A stretch of DNA of 61,972 nt, counting the filler, from an uncultured bacterium (GTDB taxonomy: Bacteria; DAOPZR01): the NCBI GenBank assembly GCA_964637655.1. It is 7 parts of 7 records of this genome, joined end to end, with 100 filler letters (N's around TTAATTAATTAA, not from the genome) between each part and the next. Parts side by side here need not be neighbours in the genome. Positions count along the whole stretch, not along the records: positions 8,992 to 17,796 come from CAZWUZ010000165.1; positions 17,897 to 26,688 come from CAZWUZ010000166.1; 5 more parts are not named here. One strand, written 5' to 3'. The notes under the pieces were generated by a model. It made no database searches. It was not told where the DNA came from and was given only the letters and a program-made list of their open reading frames with translations. Every line of letters begins with the position of its first letter. Position 1 is the first letter of the stretch. Below are positions 9,506 through 20,308 of the stretch, in pieces. Both the position numbers and the translations under genes were made by a program.

Positions 9506-9709
9506 ATGGCGAGACAGTACAACGTGGTTATTGAGCGGGACGAGGACGGCTATTTTATTGCCTCGGTTCCGGAATTGCGGGGATGCCATACGCAGGCAAA
9601 GTCGCTTGATGTACTGATGAAGCGCATTGCCGAGGCCATCGCCGTTTGCGTGGAAGCCGGCGAAACGGTGCACAATGAATTTGTGGGTGTGCAGCGCATA
9701 GCGGTCTGA
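9506..9709 (+). CDS. hicB: HicB-family antitoxin (short)
   Basis: YNVVIERDEDGYFIASVPELRGCHTQAKSLD; GGAGG RBS. Confidence 0.9.
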   Translation: MARQYNVVIERDEDGYFIASVPELRGCHTQAKSLDVLMKRIAEAIAVCVEAGETVHNEFVGVQRIAV

Positions 9710-9711
9710 TC

Positions 9712-9936
9712 ATGCCAACCTTTCCGGCTCCCGGCGGACAGCGACTCATCAAGGCACTGGCACACTTCGGCTTTGAGGTTGTGCGTCAGCGGGGCAGCCA
9801 TCATTTTCTGCGCCATCCCGACGGCAGATGCACGGTTGTTCCAGTCCACCGTGGTGAAACCATCGGCCGCGGGTTGCTGGCGAAAATTCTCCGCGATTGC
9901 GATCTCAACAAAAACGAACTGCAAAAGCATCTCTGA
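9712..9936 (+). CDS. hicA: HicA-family toxin
   Basis: GFEVVRQRGSHHFLRHPDGRCTVVPVH...GLLAKIL. Confidence 0.92.
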   Translation: MPTFPAPGGQRLIKALAHFGFEVVRQRGSHHFLRHPDGRCTVVPVHRGETIGRGLLAKILRDCDLNKNELQKHL

Positions 9937-9980
9937 ATGCACAGGATACTCTCCGGGCAATGACTGCCGGACGTTGACCG

Positions 9981-10658
9981 ATGCTGAGAGCGCTTGCTGT
10001 CGCCATCGGCGTGGTGCTGGCACTGCTGCTGGGCGCGGGCGGCGGCATCACGTTCATTGTCGGGGTCTATCTGCGCCGGCGGAAGGTATGGCAGGGAGGG
10101 CTGTGGGCGATTGCCATCGGGTTCTGCCTGCTGGTGGTCAGCGGGCTGTACGGGGCGCAGTTGCTGGTGGATGCGGCGAGCCGGACTGACCCCGAGCAAC
10201 TGGTGGCCGGCATCATCGAAACGCTGCGCGACGACAGTGACCTTGCGCCCGACGACCCGGCGCAAGCGAAGCGGACGCTCGAAAGCATTCTCGGCGACAC
10301 GCAGGTGCTGCAGGGAACGACGGTGCAGGGGGTGAGCGTCCCCGGCGTGCTTTTTACGTATCACTATTTCCGCTATACGGCGGACGAGCAGCAACTGCTG
10401 CGGGCGGTGGAGCAGTCGCCCATCGATACGAGCTGGCATATCGCGTCGGATGCCTCCTGCCGGCCGGGCTGTGCGGCGGAAGTGACGCAGGCCATGACCG
10501 ACACCTACACCCCGCAGCGGAATATTCCCGGCTGGGCTGCCGAGGCGGTGACAGACAGTGACTGCTACTCCTGTTTTCGCGCCCCGTGGCAGCATCACCT
10601 GCTCATCGACCGCGCGACCGGCACGATCTACCATCACATCGGTGAGATTCGGGAGTAG
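9981..10658 (+). CDS. Hypothetical membrane protein (two TM helices plus soluble domain)
   Basis: Long ORF, host-like codon usage, operon-like spacing. Confidence 0.7.
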   Translation: MLRALAVAIGVVLALLLGAGGGITFIVGVYLRRRKVWQGGLWAIAIGFCLLVVSGLYGAQLLVDAASRTDPEQLVAGIIETLRDDSDLAPDDPAQAKRTLESILGDTQVLQGTTVQGVSVPGVLFTYHYFRYTADEQQLLRAVEQSPIDTSWHIASDASCRPGCAAEVTQAMTDTYTPQRNIPGWAAEAVTDSDCYSCFRAPWQHHLLIDRATGTIYHHIGEIRE

Positions 10659-10661
10659 TGC

Positions 10662-11441
10662 ATGCGGCTCTGCCTGCTATATCTGATGGCGATACCGGCG
10701 ACCTGGGTGGTACATGCATGCGCGTGCACTACTGCTACCGAGATCATGCTGTATATCGCGTTGTTCCTGCTGCTGGCGACGATGAACGCAATGCTGGCGT
10801 GGTGGGTGGCCGAACAACACGCATGGTGGCATCTGTTCAGCCAGATGGTTGTGCTGTTCGGCATGGCACTGGCTGGCGCCGAACATGCGTCGCGTCCGGA
10901 TGTTCCGGTGCAACTGGTACTGGCGGGAGTAGTGGCGATGACTGCGGCAGGCATTGCGGCGACGCTGGTGCGCTCGCAGTTGGGCTATGTCACGGCGCGC
11001 GGGGGCGCCGGCGGCTGCCTGCTGCCACTGCTCATTGCGGCGGTTGCCGGCATCTGCATACTGATGGACCCGGGCTGCTACCATCAGCGCCAGGCAATCG
11101 AGTATGCACAACTGACTGCCGCAGCAGAAGAGATGCTGCAACTGGCGGCAGCGCTGGAAAAGGCGCGAGCCGGCGACAGTGCGGCCTATCCCGGGTCGCT
11201 GGACGCAGTGCAGTCGCGTACGGCACCGCTGATGTTGCAGGATCCGTGGGACAACATGTACCAGTATCAGACGGACGGCACCGCCTACACGCTGCTCTCA
11301 GTGCATGACGGCGACTGGCTGCGCTGGGCGGAGACGTTGCGTTATACATCGGCGCAACGGGCGATTGCCTATTCCGCAGGAGACACCATACGCATGGCAA
11401 CGCCCGGCGAGAACCCATTTCCAGCGAAGGTGGGCGAATGA
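10662..11441 (+). CDS. Polytopic membrane protein with C-terminal GspG/pilin-like globular domain
   Basis: Several TM helices, then YPGSL...DPWDNMYQY...YTLLSVH...ETLRY, which aligns with the pilins at 24455 and 24939. Confidence 0.7.
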   Translation: MRLCLLYLMAIPATWVVHACACTTATEIMLYIALFLLLATMNAMLAWWVAEQHAWWHLFSQMVVLFGMALAGAEHASRPDVPVQLVLAGVVAMTAAGIAATLVRSQLGYVTARGGAGGCLLPLLIAAVAGICILMDPGCYHQRQAIEYAQLTAAAEEMLQLAAALEKARAGDSAAYPGSLDAVQSRTAPLMLQDPWDNMYQYQTDGTAYTLLSVHDGDWLRWAETLRYTSAQRAIAYSAGDTIRMATPGENPFPAKVGE

Positions 11442-12430
11442 TGGTGCGACGCGGCGGAGGGCTGCGCGCGGCGGCCATGCTGTCGGTCGCCGGGGTGCTG
11501 GCGGCGGTGCCCGGACCGGTGCTGGCCAATGCCATTGTTTTTTCAACTCCGTATGCCCATTCCTGGTTTACAGCGCTGACCGCGCTCGCCCTTGTCACGG
11601 TCATCGAGGCCGTAGCGGCCAGATGGATGCTCAGCCGCACCTGCCGGTTATCATTCCGGCGGCAGGCATGGTACTGGTTGCTGGCCAACTGCGGCTCGGC
11701 CGCGGTCGGCGCGCTGCTGGGGCTGCTCGATCGCGGAAGTATTGGACTGTATTTCATTATTGCGTTTGCGGCCACGGTTGCGGTCGAACTGCCGCTGCTC
11801 AAGGCACTGTACGGCACGGCGGAGCGCAGCGCGAATATCGTCCAGGTCGCGATTATCGTCAATCTGGTCACCTACGCCCTGCTGTTCGTGCTGACGCCCA
11901 TGCTGATGCTGGCGCAGACACTGCACACCGAGGCGGAGGCGTACCAGCACCTGCGCCGCGGCAACACGCAGGCGCTGTGGCAGGACTTCAGCCGACGCTG
12001 CACGCTCACCGTCAATGCCGAAGGCGAAGTTGCCGGTATAGCCGTACGCGGTGAGACGGCGGCTGACGTCACACCGCTGCTCTTCGCTGGCAGCGATGAC
12101 TCGCCGGCTGCGGCAGGCGCATGGACGGTGCACCTGCTGACGGACGGGTTGCAGGTGCAGAACAACCGAACGGGGGAGACCAGTGTGCTGGGGACGGGTC
12201 ACCGCTGGCTGGCGGCCATGCCGGTGCCGGGCGAGGATATCATCATTGCGCGTGAACTGCGCCGCGTCGCCATCTTTTATGCCCCGCGCTGCTGGCTGTT
12301 TCGTGCCGGGTCGCCGCAGCAGTATTACTGCTTCGACGAGAACGCGCCGGAGCAGCAGAACGAATATGCCGGGGCGATGACCCTCCCCGCGCCGCGGCCG
12401 GCGGCACCGGCAGGAACCATGACGCCATGA
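11438..12430 (+). CDS. Hypothetical membrane protein
   Basis: Signal peptide, about four TM helices (VIE, AVE, NLVTY), soluble C-terminus. Confidence 0.7.
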   Translation: MMVRRGGGLRAAAMLSVAGVLAAVPGPVLANAIVFSTPYAHSWFTALTALALVTVIEAVAARWMLSRTCRLSFRRQAWYWLLANCGSAAVGALLGLLDRGSIGLYFIIAFAATVAVELPLLKALYGTAERSANIVQVAIIVNLVTYALLFVLTPMLMLAQTLHTEAEAYQHLRRGNTQALWQDFSRRCTLTVNAEGEVAGIAVRGETAADVTPLLFAGSDDSPAAAGAWTVHLLTDGLQVQNNRTGETSVLGTGHRWLAAMPVPGEDIIIARELRRVAIFYAPRCWLFRAGSPQQYYCFDENAPEQQNEYAGAMTLPAPRPAAPAGTMTP

Positions 12431-12704
12431 CGTTCTGTATCAATCCTAACGGAGCGGCAGCGCTGCTGCCGTACTGGTCCTGTCCCTCGGGGCGGCGGCA
12501 TAGGCAGATTCCGCAAGGTTTGCTATACTTTCGCCTGGGTAGCCGGGAATGGAGGGGGCATGCTGATCATGCGCTGTCGTTCGAACGGAAGCACGCCGGC
12601 ATGAGCTACCGGTCCGGCCGCTCCCGGCTTTCCTGCCTGTTGCCACCAGTGCCATGCCAACTGTTGCAGTTCCCACCTTCGTTTCCTGCGGGAGGAGACT
12701 GTTG

Positions 12705-14961
12705 ATGGACGCGCGCTACTATGTGTATCACCATGAGCAGCAGACCGGTCCCCTCACTGCGGAGGAATTGCGGGCGCTGTTTGCACGTGAGGGACTGGGG
12801 GCGGATGTCTATGTGTGCCGGGAAGGGGATGCCGACTGGAGTCGTGCCGGTGACATGGCGGAACTCGGCGACTTCGTTGCCTCCCCGCCGCCCGCGGCGG
12901 CGGAAGAAGCGCCGTCAGCTGACGTGCATGCGGCAGTACCGGCGACGTCCGGCGAACCGGAAACAATCGCGGCTGCGGCGGACGGTACGGAACGGGCAGC
13001 GGCGGCGGAACCGCTACCGGCCGCTTCCGCTTCCGGTGCGGCAACTGCAGCCGGGGCGGTGAGCACGGCCCCGGCGTCGATGCGCGGGTTCCGGCGACGG
13101 CTGCTGAAGTGGGGTACGGTTGCGGCCGGCATCCTGCTGACGGTCGGGGCGGTCGGCGGGGCGGCTTTTTACTATCACACGCACCGCACAACTGATTTCG
13201 CGACACTGGTCGGCTTCGACACGAGCACCTACTACGAGTGCAATCTGAACAACATTACGGAAAGGGAAGTCCGCCAGATAAGCGAGGCGCTTGCGTATGC
13301 CGGGAAAAAGCTCGATTTTGCGCCTCCCGAACTGCTGGTGCACAAGCTGGGGATACGCTGCGCCTATGCGGCGTGCGGCCCGGCGCCGAGTACCGAGGAC
13401 AATCCGCCGCCGCTGCTGGTTGCGCTCGAGGTGCACAATCTGCAGGAAACGCTGAAACTGTTCCGACGCCTGCAGGAACGGGCGAAGAAGGAAACAGAGA
13501 GCAGAGGAGGAGACGCGGATAACGAACGCACCCAGCGCGAGTTTTCGGACTGGGAACTCGACGAGGGCAACAAACCGTGCTACATCGGCCTGGCCAACAA
13601 GGGCAATATCCTGCTGATCAGCACGGATGCGGACATCCTCGAAAATGCCATCAACCGCTACGAAGGAAATGACCGCAGCCCGTCGCTGGCGGACAACCCG
13701 CAGTACCGTGAAGCAGTGGCGGCCCGCCCGGCGCAAGCCGATTTCTTCAGCTATTCCGACCTGCCCCGCATGCTGAAAGAGCAGGAAGCGCGGCTGTCCG
13801 TGCTGTTCCGTGAACAGCCCGCCCTGCTGGAACTGAAAAAAAAGTATATCGATCCCCTGCGCACGTCATACGGTTACGGCATACGCGACGGGGAATATGC
13901 CTGCATGGAATCAGTGATGCTGCTGGCGGAGGACTGCCGCTGGGCGCAGACCCTCGCGGATGCGCGCTGTGAATTTCCCCCGCAGTCAGAGGCGCACAAC
14001 CTGTTCCGGCTGAGCGTGGCGCTGCCGCGCGGCTGGTCCCAGCCCGTCAGCACCAAGCTGCAGGAACTGGTCGACAACCGCCACCGGCAAAAACTGATGG
14101 AGTGTCAGGGAGCACTCGGCGCGCTGCACTCGGCGCTCTATCTCTATCAAACCGATGTCGGCCGCTTTCCTGACCGGCTGGAACAGCTGGAACGAGACCG
14201 TGCACCCGGCTGGAGCGGTCCCTATCTTGCCCGTCAGATTCTCGATCCGTGGGGCGGGACAATCAGCTATCAGAGCGACGGCTACGATTACGCTGCCGTG
14301 GTTCTCTACGCGGAAGAGCCCCTGGCCTGGTATGCGTCGGATGTGGACCGGCTGATCTTCGCCGAGGATGCGGAAGAGCGCATCAGGCGGGCGGACCAGC
14401 CGATCGATGTGGCGCAGCGGCTCGATCAGGTCAGGGAACTGGCATTTCATGCCGCACCTGCCGGTGAAGCACAAAGATCCGGATGCGCTGTTCCTGTTGC
14501 GCGCCGGCAATGCCGCCGCGGCCAGGCTGATGCTGAAGGATCTGTCACGCCTGCAGGAGATGCCCGGGGTCACCCGGCGGGTGCAGGGAAACTGGCTGCT
14601 GGCGGGCAATTCCCCGCCCCTGCTCGACAACACGGCCAGGGCGCTGCGTGCCGGGAACGCCGGCAGCGACACGCCAGTGCTGATGCGGATGAGTTATGCG
14701 CTGGCACTGCGCGACCTGCTGCCGGAGCAGCACCTGCCCAACATCAAGTTCAACGGTGAATACCTGATGCGAGTCGCGCCCGACCGGATACTCAGCAGCT
14801 ACCGCTGCACCCCGAGCCCGCTGGCGCTGGTCGACTTCCTGCTCGAACTGCTGATGGCTATGCCGCCGCAGCATGAACGCCAGACGGCGGGCGTTGCCTG
14901 TCCGCCTGCCGGGGGTGCACGCATGGTGCCGGTACAGCAGCCGGCTTCCGCCGGCGGCTGA
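12705..14961 (+). CDS. GYF_2 (DUF4339)-domain membrane protein with embedded pilin-like domain; apparent +1 frameshift near 14447
   Basis: YYVYHHEQQTGPLT...VCREGDADW; TM helix; ALYLYQTDVGRFP...WSGPY...DPWG; host-like codons continue in the +1 frame to 14961. Confidence 0.65.
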
Positions 14962-15092
14962 TGCCCGGCGCGGTGTTTCTGTGACCTTCTGCCTGAATCC
15001 CGGCATGTTTGCCGCTCTGCTGACGGCCGGTATATGCTATGTTGCCGGCGACCGGCTGACACGGCTGCACATCGAGCAGGACGGATGCTGAA

Positions 15093-15911
15093 ATGAGCCG
15101 GGGATCATGGCGGCGTGCCGGTCTGGCGGGCTTGTGCCTGGCGGCAGGCGTGGTACTGGTTGCCGGCTGGTATGGTCGCGACATCGTGCGGGCGCAATGG
15201 CGCGGACGGCAGGAATTGCCCGCCCTCAGCGAACAGGAAGCGGGGTGGCTGCTGCGCCTGGTCTCACTGAATTGCGCCGGGCATGGCGCGGCGATGCGCG
15301 CGGCGTTCGCCCGGGAGGCGGATATCGTGCTGCTGCAGGAAACCGGGAGCGACAGCAGCGAGGTGCCTGATGCTTACACCGCCTGGCGGCACGGGGATTT
15401 GCTGCTGGCGGTACGGCGGCAGCGCGGTGAACTGCTGCGGACGGATGCCGGTGAGGGATGGCAGTCAGGAGTACTCGCTCTGCCCGGCGGCGATGAACTG
15501 CAGCTCATCAATGTGCATCTCCACCCGCCCTGTACGCTGCCACGCTTCTGGCAGGCCGCAGACCGGGCGGCGCAGGCGCAGGCCGCACTGCAGCGGACGC
15601 AGCAACTGCGAACGGTACTGGCAGCAGTTCGACCGGGGACGACGAAAATTATCGGCGGCGATTTCAATGCCCTGCCCACGGCAGGCATGTTTGATCTGCT
15701 GCGCCCGGAATGGCAGGATGCCTATGCGGCGGCGGGCCGGGACTGGGGCGGTACGGTGGCCATGGGCCCGCCGCTGTTGCGTCTTGACCAGTTCTGGTGC
15801 GACCGCCGCCTGACGGTTAGGGAGCTGACAACCGTGGACGTGCCGGCCACTGATCATCGCGCGCTGTTTCTTGCTATACTTGTTCCGCAGGATGGTCGGG
15901 AGGCGACATGA
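15093..15911 (+). CDS. Endonuclease/exonuclease/phosphatase family protein
   Basis: SLN, DIVLLQE, NVHL, GGDFN, RLD, TDH. Confidence 0.88.
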   Translation: MSRGSWRRAGLAGLCLAAGVVLVAGWYGRDIVRAQWRGRQELPALSEQEAGWLLRLVSLNCAGHGAAMRAAFAREADIVLLQETGSDSSEVPDAYTAWRHGDLLLAVRRQRGELLRTDAGEGWQSGVLALPGGDELQLINVHLHPPCTLPRFWQAADRAAQAQAALQRTQQLRTVLAAVRPGTTKIIGGDFNALPTAGMFDLLRPEWQDAYAAAGRDWGGTVAMGPPLLRLDQFWCDRRLTVRELTTVDVPATDHRALFLAILVPQDGREAT

Positions 15912-15935
15912 TGACCGGCCGGCACGTACGGTGCG

Positions 15936-16814
15936 ATGCGGGCGCGGGAGGACGCTGACACGATGCTGATTGCGTTGACCGTAACAGCGGTCGATTTGCT
16001 TGCCTATCTGGTGACGGTGGCGGTGATGCTGACCTTCCGCCTGGCGCCTGATCCGTTACTCCCGATCGTTACCGGTGCTGCTGCCGGCGCCAGTTGCGGG
16101 GCGGCACTCTACACGGCGTATCGCCCGCACATGACTGCCGGAACGGTGAAAGGGGTGACCGGGACCGTGCTGGCGCTGCTGGCCGTGCTCTGCGCATTCC
16201 TGAGCGGACTGCTGTTTGGTGCACCACCGGCATGGGCGGTGACCTTGACGTTATCTGTCATCGGCTCTTTCCTGATGCCCTGGGCGGTGTACGGCACGAT
16301 GCGGCAGGCGGTAGGCGGCCTGCCCGCCGGCCGGCCGCTGCTCAGCCGTCGACAGACACGTGCCGGCGTCTCGCTGCTGGCACTCGGGCTCGTGGCGTCA
16401 GCAACCTGTCTGTACCTGACCTGGGTGCGCCCAAACCAACTGCTGTGGGATAGCGACTGGCTGGAACACGCGACGGCAGTCGAACAGCGGGAGGCGTGCC
16501 ACGCAATCATCCGCTATCCGTGGGGAAACAGTGTGCACGACGCGTTTCTCATACTCTGTACGGTCGGCAATCATGAATCGGTGCCACTGCTGGTGGAGGC
16601 ACTGCGCCTGCAGCCGGACGCACATGGTGGTCCGGGAGACTGCACTACAGGCCATTGCGCGGAGGCGCTGTGCTCACTGACCGGGGAAACCTACGGCACG
16701 CGCTGGCAGGACTGGCACGACTGGTGGGAACAGACCGGCCGGCACCTGCCGGCGGCACAGTTCCGGCCGCGCCGCACGGCGGCGACGGACACCGATACCG
16801 GGATGACACGGTGA
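15936..16814 (+). CDS. Membrane protein with C-terminal HEAT-like helical domain
   Basis: TM helices, then SVPLLVEAL...AEALCSLTGETYG...WHDWW. Confidence 0.6.
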   Translation: MRAREDADTMLIALTVTAVDLLAYLVTVAVMLTFRLAPDPLLPIVTGAAAGASCGAALYTAYRPHMTAGTVKGVTGTVLALLAVLCAFLSGLLFGAPPAWAVTLTLSVIGSFLMPWAVYGTMRQAVGGLPAGRPLLSRRQTRAGVSLLALGLVASATCLYLTWVRPNQLLWDSDWLEHATAVEQREACHAIIRYPWGNSVHDAFLILCTVGNHESVPLLVEALRLQPDAHGGPGDCTTGHCAEALCSLTGETYGTRWQDWHDWWEQTGRHLPAAQFRPRRTAATDTDTGMTR

Positions 16815-17796
16815 CCGCCGACCGCTGGGGGAACACGCTGCCGGTGCGGCTCGTTCGCGCGGGCAACTGGCTGCTGACGCATACCCTCTACCGCGTGCGG
16901 GCGGCGGGAGCGGCGCATGTGCCGGCGCACGGCGGCGCCCTGCTGGTCTGCAACCATGTGTCGCTGGTCGATGCCTTCCTGCTTACCGCTGCCGTGCCGC
17001 GCCCGGTGCGGTTCCTCATCTACCGGTCGCTGTTCCGGCAGCCGCTGCTCGGCCTGCTGGCCCGCAGCATGCGCGCCATTCCGATCGCACGCGACGACGA
17101 GGCGGCGGACATCACCGCCGCGCTGGAGACGGCGCGCCGGGGCGTGCGCGCCGGCGACCTCGTCTGCATTTTCGCCGAGGGGCATATCACGCGCACCGGC
17201 AACATGCTGCCGTTCCAGGAAAAATTCACGCGCATCATGGCGGGTCTTGACGCGCCCATCATCCCGGTCCATCTCGACCGGGTCTGGGGGAGCATTTTCA
17301 GTTTCGAGGAGGGGCGGTTCCTGTGGAAACTGCCGCGTTTCCCGGGCGCGCCGGTGCGGGTGACCTTCGGCGCGCCGCTGCCGGCCACGGCGACCGTGAC
17401 GGCGGTGCGCACGGCGGTGCTGGAACTCGGTGCGGAGGCGTTTCGCGCGCGCCAGCCGCAGCAACTGCTGCTGCAGCAGGCGTTCATCCGCGAAGTGAAG
17501 GCGCATCCGTTCCGTTTCTGCATGGCGGACGAACACCTGCGGCTGAACTACCTGCAGACGCTGGCCGGAGTGCTGGCGCTGCGGCGGCGGCTCTTTCCGC
17601 AGCCGCCCCGCGCGGCGGAGGAGAAGGTCGGGGTGCTGCTCCCCGCCTCGTGTGCTGCGGCGCTGGTCAACGGCGCCATCCTCTGCGCCGGACGGGTACC
17701 GGTGAATCTCAACTTCACGGCGGGCGCGGCCGGGGTTGATTTTGCCGTGCGCCAGTGCGGCATCACGATGATTGTCACGTCGCGGCAGTTTCTCGA
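16811..17796 (+). CDS. aas: Aas-like acyltransferase/acyl-ACP synthetase, 3'-truncated
   Basis: PlsC motifs NHVSLVD and FAEGHITRTG; WGSIFS; start of AMP-binding domain (PVNLNFT). Confidence 0.8.
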
Positions 17797-17896
17797 NNNN
17801 NNNNNNNNNNNNNNNNNNNNNNNNNNNNNNNNNNNNNNNNTTAATTAATTAANNNNNNNNNNNNNNNNNNNNNNNNNNNNNNNNNNNNNNNNNNNN

Positions 17897-18300
17897 AGGC
17901 GGCCGAGGAGACGGTCGGCGCGCCGCTGATGCAGCATGGCGAGTCGCCCCGCGGTATCGACCCGCACCGTCAGCCGCCGGGCCGCGCTGTCCACTTCCGG
18001 CGCCGCCAGGCGCAGCAGCCCGGCGAGTGCCGGATCGAGTTCCGCCAGCAGTTCCGGCCAGCGTTCCCCCACCACCCGCGGCAGGTCGTCCGCGGCCACC
18101 GTCTCCGGTTCGTGCACGGTGATGCCCGCCACCTGCGGCAGTTTCTCGCGCAGGCAGGCGCAGAGTGTTGCGCGCTGCGTCGCGCTGAGGGTATGCGCCG
18201 TGCGCACCGCCAGCGTCAGCGCGACATCGTCGAATTCCAGCCCGGCAACGGTGATACCCGTCACCGGGCAGGCCGACGGCTGCAGGCGGTGAACGGTCAC
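17897..18300 (-). CDS. Probable PolC-type DNA polymerase III alpha, N-terminus only (truncated)
   Basis: Overlaps the proS stop; ERWPELLAELDPALAGLL...PEVD...LTVRV...L resembles the PolC NII domain; proS-polC order as in Bacillota. Confidence 0.5.
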
Positions 18301-20015
18301 GGATGCTGCGCCATCAGCGCCAGCGCCACCGCCGGCGCGGGATTATCCACCGGGACCTCGGTGACGTTCCCCGAACGCCGCTCGCGCAGTTCGACAATGC
18401 CGCGCGCCAGACCCTTGGCGCCAACGGTGAGCCGCAGCGGGGAGCCGATGAGGTCGGCGTCGTTGAACTTCACCCCGGGGCGCTCATCGCGATCATCGAG
18501 CAGCACCGCCATCCCCGTGCGCGCCAGTTCGCGGTAGACGGTTTCCGCCGCCGCCATGGTCGCGTCCCCGGGCTTGCCGAGCGCCACGATCTGCACGCTG
18601 AACGGGGCCACCTCGCGCGGCCAGATAATCCCCTTGTCGTCGTGGTGCTGCTCGATGACCGCGGCAACCATGCGCGTGACGCCGATGCCGTAGCAGCCCA
18701 TGAGCATCGCGGCCGCCTCCCCCTGCTCGGTGAGGAAGGTGGCACCGAGTTTCTCGCTGTACTTCGTGCCGAGTTTGAACACATGCCCCATCTCGATGCC
18801 GCGCCGCGCCGCCAGCGGCTTGCCGCAGCGCGGGCACGGATCGTCCGCCGCCACGGTGAGCAGGTCGGCCCACGCGTCGACGGAAAAATCGCCCGGCTGC
18901 ACCCCGGTGAGATGGTAGTCGGCGCGGTTGGCACCGGTGGCGGCATTGACCATGCCGCGCACCGTCCAGTCGGCGAGCAGGCGCACGCCGCTGAGGCCGA
19001 CCGGGCCGGCAAAGCCCGTCGGCGCACCCGTCACCTTCGCCACCGTGGCGTCGTCCGCCAGCGCCAGGTCGTTGACGGCGAGGATATTCTTCAGCTTGAC
19101 CTCGTTGATGGCGCGGTCGCCGCGGATGAGCACCACCACCGGCGTGCCGTCGCCGACATAGACCATCGTCTTGATCAGGTCGCGCGATTGCAGCTTGAGG
19201 AAGGACGCCACCTCCTCCACCGCGTGGAGGTTCGGCGTATGCACCGCGGTGCCGCCCGTCGCCGCCGGCACCGTCGCCGGGGCGGGGACGTCCACGCCCT
19301 CGGCGCGTTCCACGTTGGCGCCGTAGCCGCAGGCCGTGCAGGCGATGACCAGATCCTCACCCGAGTCGGCGAGGATCATGAATTCGTGCGACTGCGCCCC
19401 GCCGATGGGGCCGCTGTCCGCCTCCACCGCCGCGTAGGTGCAGCCGCAGCGGCGGCAGATGTTGCCATAGGCGTCGTACATCGCCCGGTAGGTGGCGTCG
19501 AGCGAGGCGGCATCGGCATGGAACGAATAGCCGTCCTTCATCAGGAACTCGCGCCCGCGCATCACCCCGAAGCGGGGACGGATCTCGTCGCGGAACTTGG
19601 TGCCGATCTGGAACAGGTTTTTCGGCAGGTCGCGATACGAGCGGATCTCGTGGCGCACGAGATCAGTGATGACCTCCTCGTGGGTCGGCCCGAGCCCGAA
19701 CTCGCGCCCCGCGCGGTCCTTGAGTTTCATCATCGTCGGTCCGTAGACCGCCCAGCGCCCGCTCTCCTCCCACAGTTCGCGCGGCTGCATGATGGGGAGC
19801 AGCACTTCCTGCGCGCCCGCCGCGGTCATCTCCTCGCGCACGATGCGCTCGATGGCGCGCACCGCGCGCACCCCGAGCGGCAGCCACGAGAAGACCCCCG
19901 AGGTGAGTTTGCGGATGAGCCCGGCACGGAGCATCAGCTTATGGCTGATCAGTTCCGCCTCCGCGGGCGTCTCTTTCAACGTGGGCAGGTAGCACTGGGA
20001 CAGGCGCATGGTCAT
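18297..20015 (-). CDS. proS: Proline--tRNA ligase (bacterial type with INS editing domain)
   Basis: SHKLMLRAG, GPTHEE, FRDEIRPRFGVMRGREF, GIEMGHVFKLG, MGCYGIG, DDRDERPGVKF. Confidence 0.97.
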   Translation of the reverse strand: MTMRLSQCYLPTLKETPAEAELISHKLMLRAGLIRKLTSGVFSWLPLGVRAVRAIERIVREEMTAAGAQEVLLPIMQPRELWEESGRWAVYGPTMMKLKDRAGREFGLGPTHEEVITDLVRHEIRSYRDLPKNLFQIGTKFRDEIRPRFGVMRGREFLMKDGYSFHADAASLDATYRAMYDAYGNICRRCGCTYAAVEADSGPIGGAQSHEFMILADSGEDLVIACTACGYGANVERAEGVDVPAPATVPAATGGTAVHTPNLHAVEEVASFLKLQSRDLIKTMVYVGDGTPVVVLIRGDRAINEVKLKNILAVNDLALADDATVAKVTGAPTGFAGPVGLSGVRLLADWTVRGMVNAATGANRADYHLTGVQPGDFSVDAWADLLTVAADDPCPRCGKPLAARRGIEMGHVFKLGTKYSEKLGATFLTEQGEAAAMLMGCYGIGVTRMVAAVIEQHHDDKGIIWPREVAPFSVQIVALGKPGDATMAAAETVYRELARTGMAVLLDDRDERPGVKFNDADLIGSPLRLTVGAKGLARGIVELRERRSGNVTEVPVDNPAPAVALALMAQHP

Positions 20016-20308
20016 CGTCCGCCGCCCGCATGCGCGGGCGCGGTCCTTTCCGCAACAGGTCGGGAATACAGTCCTCGCCCGCCATGGCGGCGGCAGGTGC
20101 AGGTTCAGCAGGCGATACCGGAACGGTGCTGCGGCAGGGTTCCCCTCCCATGCCGCCACCATAGATACTACACCCCGCCCCCCTTGTCAAACCGCGTCCG
20201 GCCGCGGCATTTCCCGACGCTGCGGCGCGATTCAAGCCGTGCACGGCAACAGCCGATATACCAGTAGGCGGCGGCGGCAGTGTCGGCCGCGGAAAGGACG
20301 GGACGCAG

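Noticed and set aside
18303-20267. Long antisense ORFs (also 20751-22784, 32475-34271, 44540-46027, 50353-52635, 51813-53156)
   Set aside because: Shadows of well-supported genes on the other strand in high-GC DNA; no motifs
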